Below the pieces are notes generated by a model that saw only the letters and a list, made by a program, of their open reading frames with translations, was not told where the DNA came from and searched no databases. Made by a program: the position numbers and the translations under genes. From the NCBI GenBank assembly GCA_019058315.1, contig JAHPZH010000002.1, forward strand, positions 1,101,910-1,165,909: 64,000 nucleotides of DNA, given 5' to 3'. The number at the start of each line of letters is the position of its first letter. Within the stretch, counting starts at the first letter, position 1. Origin of the DNA: Candidatus Helarchaeota archaeon (GTDB lineage Archaea > Asgardarchaeota > Lokiarchaeia > Helarchaeales > RDOG01). Of this stretch, positions 59,798-64,000 are shown piece by piece.

Positions 59798-61360
59798 TTA
59801 TTTTTTAAGCCATTTTCCTGGATTCATTATTCTATTTGGGTCGAATAATTGTTTTATTTTTTCTGTTATTGTTTTTTGAATTGCAAATTCTGGTATTTCT
59901 TTTACTACATCCCAATGATAGGCTTTAAATTCATTATGAGGAGGCCAAGTTTTATTTTGGGATTGTGCTGTTTTTTGTATTTTACCAGCGAATTCTAAAC
60001 ACGCTTTTAATTCTTCTGGAGAATTTTGGTCATAAAAAACGTCTAATTCGTGTAAACCAAAGTGTCCCATATCGACAGGAACTATACAACTACTGAAGAG
60101 ATCTTGAGGATAAATAGGAACATCTTTTAGCATATTTTCCATTAATTTTTCTGATTTCATTGCTTCCTCCATTGGTTCTTGAGGGAAGAAAGCGGGCATA
60201 AATCCTCCTTTAAATCTCAGTATACGTGGAGATACTTTTGCTCTAAAAAATTCAATTCCTAAGCTTTCAGCAGTTCTTTCAGGCAGTAATCCTCCACCTA
60301 TCTGATCCATCCTTTCAGGCTCTAAAATCATGCCTCTAGTTTCTTTAGCAATCTGTCTTACAACCTTTTCACCAAATTCTAGTTGTTTTGGGGAAGTTAT
60401 GCCTTGGATACAAACAAAAACCACATATTTAAGAAATGGCTTGAGATTTTTTCTGTTCTCCCATAATTCTTTCGATTTTTCAAGAGAATCAGTCATTCCT
60501 AAAATAGACCAAGCCATTGGCATATTTGTTGCTATCACAGCAATATCTGCTCTACCAAGTTCTTGTAAAGCTTTAACCATTCTTTTTCCACTGCTGTATG
60601 ATATTACAAAAATTTTAGTATTTTCAGGTAGTTCATCTTGTTTTAATCTTGGTCCACCCACCCAAGGGTGTAATTTCACAGTCATTTCAGTGCAAATTCC
60701 TAATTCTCCAACTGCACCTATTAATAATCCTTTTAAATCGGGTCCAGGACCGTTCCACCAAAAATTTCCTAGATCTTTAATCGTCCTTGAACCAGTTTTT
60801 ATAATTTCGCCTTGTGGAGTAACCCAAGTCATCGAAATAATTGATCTTCTTTCATACCCATACTTTACCATGCACCAACTCATGCCACAATATAACATAT
60901 TTGAAATTATTCCTACTGTTGAAGGTGCTGCAGGTGCTGGAAGCCATAAACCTTTTTTCATTGTTTCCGCTTGCAATTCGGCATAGCTTACATACGGTTG
61001 GATTGTTGCCGACATATTAAGTTCGTCAATTTCAATAACTTGATTTAGACGACGTAAATGCATTAATATTGAACCAGTTTCTGAAGGAACACAGCAACCT
61101 CCGACATTTACTCCTGTATTCTGAATCACAACAGGGATTTTATATTCATTAGAAATTTTCATGATGTGTTGAATATGTTCTGTATTTTCTGGTAAAACCA
61201 CGAATCCGGGCGTAACTCTGTTTAAATTAGCAAAGGGAGATTGATCTCGCGAGTGAACTACAAGAACGGATGGATCATCTGAAATATATTCTTTTCCAAC
61301 AATTTTCTCCAGTTTAGTATAAACTTCAATGTGTTTATCAGATAATTTTTGTTCGGACAT
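59798..61360 (-). CDS. FAD-binding oxidoreductase (VAO/GlcD family)
   Basis: VVLPEN, PGPDLKGLLIGAVGELGI, FDPNRIMNPGK. Confidence 0.88.
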   Translation of the reverse strand: MSEQKLSDKHIEVYTKLEKIVGKEYISDDPSVLVVHSRDQSPFANLNRVTPGFVVLPENTEHIQHIMKISNEYKIPVVIQNTGVNVGGCCVPSETGSILMHLRRLNQVIEIDELNMSATIQPYVSYAELQAETMKKGLWLPAPAAPSTVGIISNMLYCGMSWCMVKYGYERRSIISMTWVTPQGEIIKTGSRTIKDLGNFWWNGPGPDLKGLLIGAVGELGICTEMTVKLHPWVGGPRLKQDELPENTKIFVISYSSGKRMVKALQELGRADIAVIATNMPMAWSILGMTDSLEKSKELWENRKNLKPFLKYVVFVCIQGITSPKQLEFGEKVVRQIAKETRGMILEPERMDQIGGGLLPERTAESLGIEFFRAKVSPRILRFKGGFMPAFFPQEPMEEAMKSEKLMENMLKDVPIYPQDLFSSCIVPVDMGHFGLHELDVFYDQNSPEELKACLEFAGKIQKTAQSQNKTWPPHNEFKAYHWDVVKEIPEFAIQKTITEKIKQLFDPNRIMNPGKWLKK

Positions 61361-62532
61361 TATTTTGTAACCTCCTCTAAGATTTTAACAAGTGGAATCA
61401 CTTCAATTGGGTCCTTCATTGTCTTAGAAGCTTCGAGGAAATTTGTAATACAAAAAGGACAAGGTGAAGTTAAAACATCAGCACCCACATATTTTGCTTC
61501 TTCCAATCTTTTTGATGCAGTCCAATACGCAAAATCTTTATATGCAGAAGCTACACCCGCTCCTGCTCCACAACACCACGCATTTTCTCTAATTCGTTCC
61601 ATTTCAACTAGTTTTAACCCTGGAATTTGTTTTAAAACTTCGCGAGGGGCATCATATACTTTAGAATGCCGACCTAAATGGCATGGATCATGATAAGTGA
61701 CTGTTTTTGGATAATTTTTCAATTTGACATTATGTTCCTTAAAATATTTTAATAAAAATTCAGTCACATGAAGGACATTAAAATTATATTCTCCAGAATA
61801 TTGAGGATAAGTCTTTTTGAAAGTTTTATAACAACCTGCACAAGAAAAAATTAAATTCTCTATTCCTCTTTCTTTAAAAACTTCCAAATTATGTTTCATT
61901 AATTTTATACCTTCATCGACTTGCCCCGTCATAAATAATGGACTACCACAACACCATTCATTCGGATGGAGAATATTAAAATCGACTCCGATTGCATTCA
62001 AAACATTGACCGTAGCTTTAGCAATTTCAAATCTTCTATATGAGGACGTACATCCCACAAAATAAGCAGTTTTTGCATTTTTATTAAGTTTTATATCTTT
62101 TGGGATCCAATCCAATCGATTTTCATGTGGTTCGTTATAAGGATTATGGAATTGTTCTATGCTTTTAGCAAATTTAGCATGAGCTGGTAAAGGACCTTTT
62201 TCTTTAACAACTTTCGCCCTTAATTTTTGTAATACATCAAGCGGTTTAATAATATTCACATCATCACATTGTGCTTGACATCCTCCACATAAAGGACAAG
62301 CGAATATTATATGCATTAAGCGATCAGAATATGAGATTTCTTTATCTAATAAAGCTCGAGTTATTTCCATTTTACCTGGTGCGAAATAAGCTTCAAACAA
62401 GAATCGAGATCCGCTTGGACATATATCCTTAAATCGTTTGCTCTGCATCTCCCAAGGAGACATATTTCGACACATGGAGCATTTGCAACAATTATATATG
62501 ACTTTATAATAATCTTCCAATTCAGTACTCAT
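61360..62532 (-). CDS. Fe-S oxidoreductase, GlpC/HdrD-like (4Fe-4S dicluster + 2 CCG domains)
   Basis: CCKCSMC..CP, CPLCGGCQAQC, YFVGC, WCCG, YHDPCHLGR, CCGAG, CPFC. Confidence 0.9.
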   Translation of the reverse strand: MSTELEDYYKVIYNCCKCSMCRNMSPWEMQSKRFKDICPSGSRFLFEAYFAPGKMEITRALLDKEISYSDRLMHIIFACPLCGGCQAQCDDVNIIKPLDVLQKLRAKVVKEKGPLPAHAKFAKSIEQFHNPYNEPHENRLDWIPKDIKLNKNAKTAYFVGCTSSYRRFEIAKATVNVLNAIGVDFNILHPNEWCCGSPLFMTGQVDEGIKLMKHNLEVFKERGIENLIFSCAGCYKTFKKTYPQYSGEYNFNVLHVTEFLLKYFKEHNVKLKNYPKTVTYHDPCHLGRHSKVYDAPREVLKQIPGLKLVEMERIRENAWCCGAGAGVASAYKDFAYWTASKRLEEAKYVGADVLTSPCPFCITNFLEASKTMKDPIEVIPLVKILEEVTK

Positions 62533-62533
62533 T

Positions 62534-63946
62534 TCAGCGAACCTCCCATTCAATCTTCCCAGGATTCATTATTTTATTGGGATCAAAAATATTTTTGACT
62601 TTGTTAATCAATTTTGAATAATTTCCAATCTTTGAATATACTACCTTCTTTAATGGACCATAAGGTATATCGATAAATGCCCCAGATTTAAGCGCTAATT
62701 CACCTAAACTCGAGAAAAATTGTCGGAATTTGATGATATTTTCTTCATTTATAAGATTTGTATAAAGATCAAATTCTACATAAGCCACACGATTTCGTTC
62801 AACTGGTATGATAGATACTCCTAACTCGATATTGAAATCATTAAATTCCCTTAATTCATCTGAAATAGCTGAATGAAGTTTTAAAAATCTATTTAGTGTG
62901 ATATATAGCGGGAGATCATAATGCTGACTTTTTAATCCAGCAGGGCTATTAAATTCTTTTAATATTATTGCCTCTAATTGAGATATTAACTCATTTTTTT
63001 CGATATTTATTGAACTTTCTTTAATTAAATCATATATTGCTTCTTTTTCGTAAGCGATTTTTTCCTCAGGTAAGCGTTCAAGCCCTTCCAGACAAATTAG
63101 AAATATCCAATCAGGAAATTTGGCATTTTTATTTTCAATATTTAGATATTCCAAAGCATTGCATTTATTAAGAATAAGACATTCAGTTCCGATTTCTTTA
63201 CGTTCAACTTTATAAACAAAATCAATAAGATCTTCAAGCTTTTGAAAAGGAATAGATACTATTTCTTGAATTTGGGGTTTAGGTTTAACACGAATTGATG
63301 CTTTAGTGACAATACCTAAACCACCTCTTGCACCATGAAATATTCTAAAATAATCTAATGTTGAACCATAGGGATAAACAGGGGGACTTTTAGAAGAAGC
63401 CATAGAGCCCGTCCTAAAAATTTCACCATTGCCTAAAACAACCTCTAAATTTACTACGAGATCATTGTACTCAAATTTTGGCATAGCGAAAAATGGATAT
63501 CGTCCTAAATATGAAGATATTATCGAATCAGAATTTGAAAAAATAGTCGGAATTGTTCTTAAACCAACCTTATCAAGTTCATCTTGTAATTGTTGATAAG
63601 TTACACCAGGTTCTATAACTACATACATACTATTATTATCGATAGATAAAATTTGATTCATCATTTGTAAATCTATTATTAAACCACCGTTTTCAGGAAT
63701 TGTACCACCATATCGATTCAATTTCGAGCTTTTCGGAATGATAGGTATTATATTTTGGCTTGCAATTTGAATAATTCTTTGAATTTCACCTATATTTTTA
63801 GGCATGACAATAAGATCGGGAATCTTTGATTCAATTAAAGGAAAATGTAAACTTTGAGAATATTTTTTTAACATTTTTACTTCATGAACTACATTTTCTT
63901 CTCCAACTAAATCAAATATTTTTGTTTTTAACTCCTCTAAGTTCAT
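62534..63946 (-). CDS. FAD-binding oxidoreductase (VAO/GlcD family)
   Basis: PDLIVMP, IEPGVTY, GARGGLGIVTK, FDPNKIMNPGK. Confidence 0.88.
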   Translation of the reverse strand: MNLEELKTKIFDLVGEENVVHEVKMLKKYSQSLHFPLIESKIPDLIVMPKNIGEIQRIIQIASQNIIPIIPKSSKLNRYGGTIPENGGLIIDLQMMNQILSIDNNSMYVVIEPGVTYQQLQDELDKVGLRTIPTIFSNSDSIISSYLGRYPFFAMPKFEYNDLVVNLEVVLGNGEIFRTGSMASSKSPPVYPYGSTLDYFRIFHGARGGLGIVTKASIRVKPKPQIQEIVSIPFQKLEDLIDFVYKVERKEIGTECLILNKCNALEYLNIENKNAKFPDWIFLICLEGLERLPEEKIAYEKEAIYDLIKESSINIEKNELISQLEAIILKEFNSPAGLKSQHYDLPLYITLNRFLKLHSAISDELREFNDFNIELGVSIIPVERNRVAYVEFDLYTNLINEENIIKFRQFFSSLGELALKSGAFIDIPYGPLKKVVYSKIGNYSKLINKVKNIFDPNKIMNPGKIEWEVR

Positions 63947-64000
63947 TTCTTTAACTCCTCGGAAGTTTTATCGGATTATAGTATATGATTTCTATTTATA

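Noticed and set aside
4118-61693. Numerous short antisense or overlapping ORFs in the track (e.g. 10235-10552, 15268-15684, 28966-29382, 40502-41068, 60330-60986, 61349-61693)
   Set aside because: Shadows of well-supported genes on the other strand or frame, with no motifs or SD
1-64000. tRNA, rRNA, CRISPR arrays, IS elements, integrases, inteins
   Set aside because: No GC-rich structured intergenic segments, spaced direct repeats, transposase/integrase motifs or intein insertions were seen by eye; a covariance-model scan would be needed to exclude small RNAs

Overview
AT-rich (roughly 30% GC by eye) archaeal chromosomal window with about 60 CDS. I saw no rRNA, tRNA, CRISPR array or mobile element. 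The gene content points to an Asgard archaeon (Loki/Hel-like, inferred): a tripartite DENN-like protein, a membrane-anchored PCI/winged-helix protein, an SDS22-type LRR protein, and a giant single-pass receptor-like protein with a SNAP/TPR-like cytoplasmic tail. 10.9-29.5 kb is a minus-strand informational superoperon (ftsZ-secE-spt5-tmk-aIF5B-eS6-aIF2gamma-PIN-rpo7-spt4-dpck-eS24-eS31-[3 inserted genes]-kae1-bud32-[PCI]-rdgB-uS15-DHH-eS1-coiled coil-glmU). The rest is accessory: radical SAM enzymes, a serpin, an orphan mvhG-like/hdrC/hdrB operon, sugar transporters with GH63 and GH4 glycosidases, surface repeat proteins, and an FAD oxidase/CCG/FAD oxidase cluster. The strongest signal not shown by the ORF track: six genes (spt4, glmU, serpin, DENN, DUF1624, DUF2804) have conserved N-termini that cannot be reached from ATG/GTG/TTG. 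Each instead has ATT or CTG 5-6 nt after a Shine-Dalgarno-like motif, suggesting unusually frequent non-canonical initiation. Product calls come from motif recognition only; no database searches were run.
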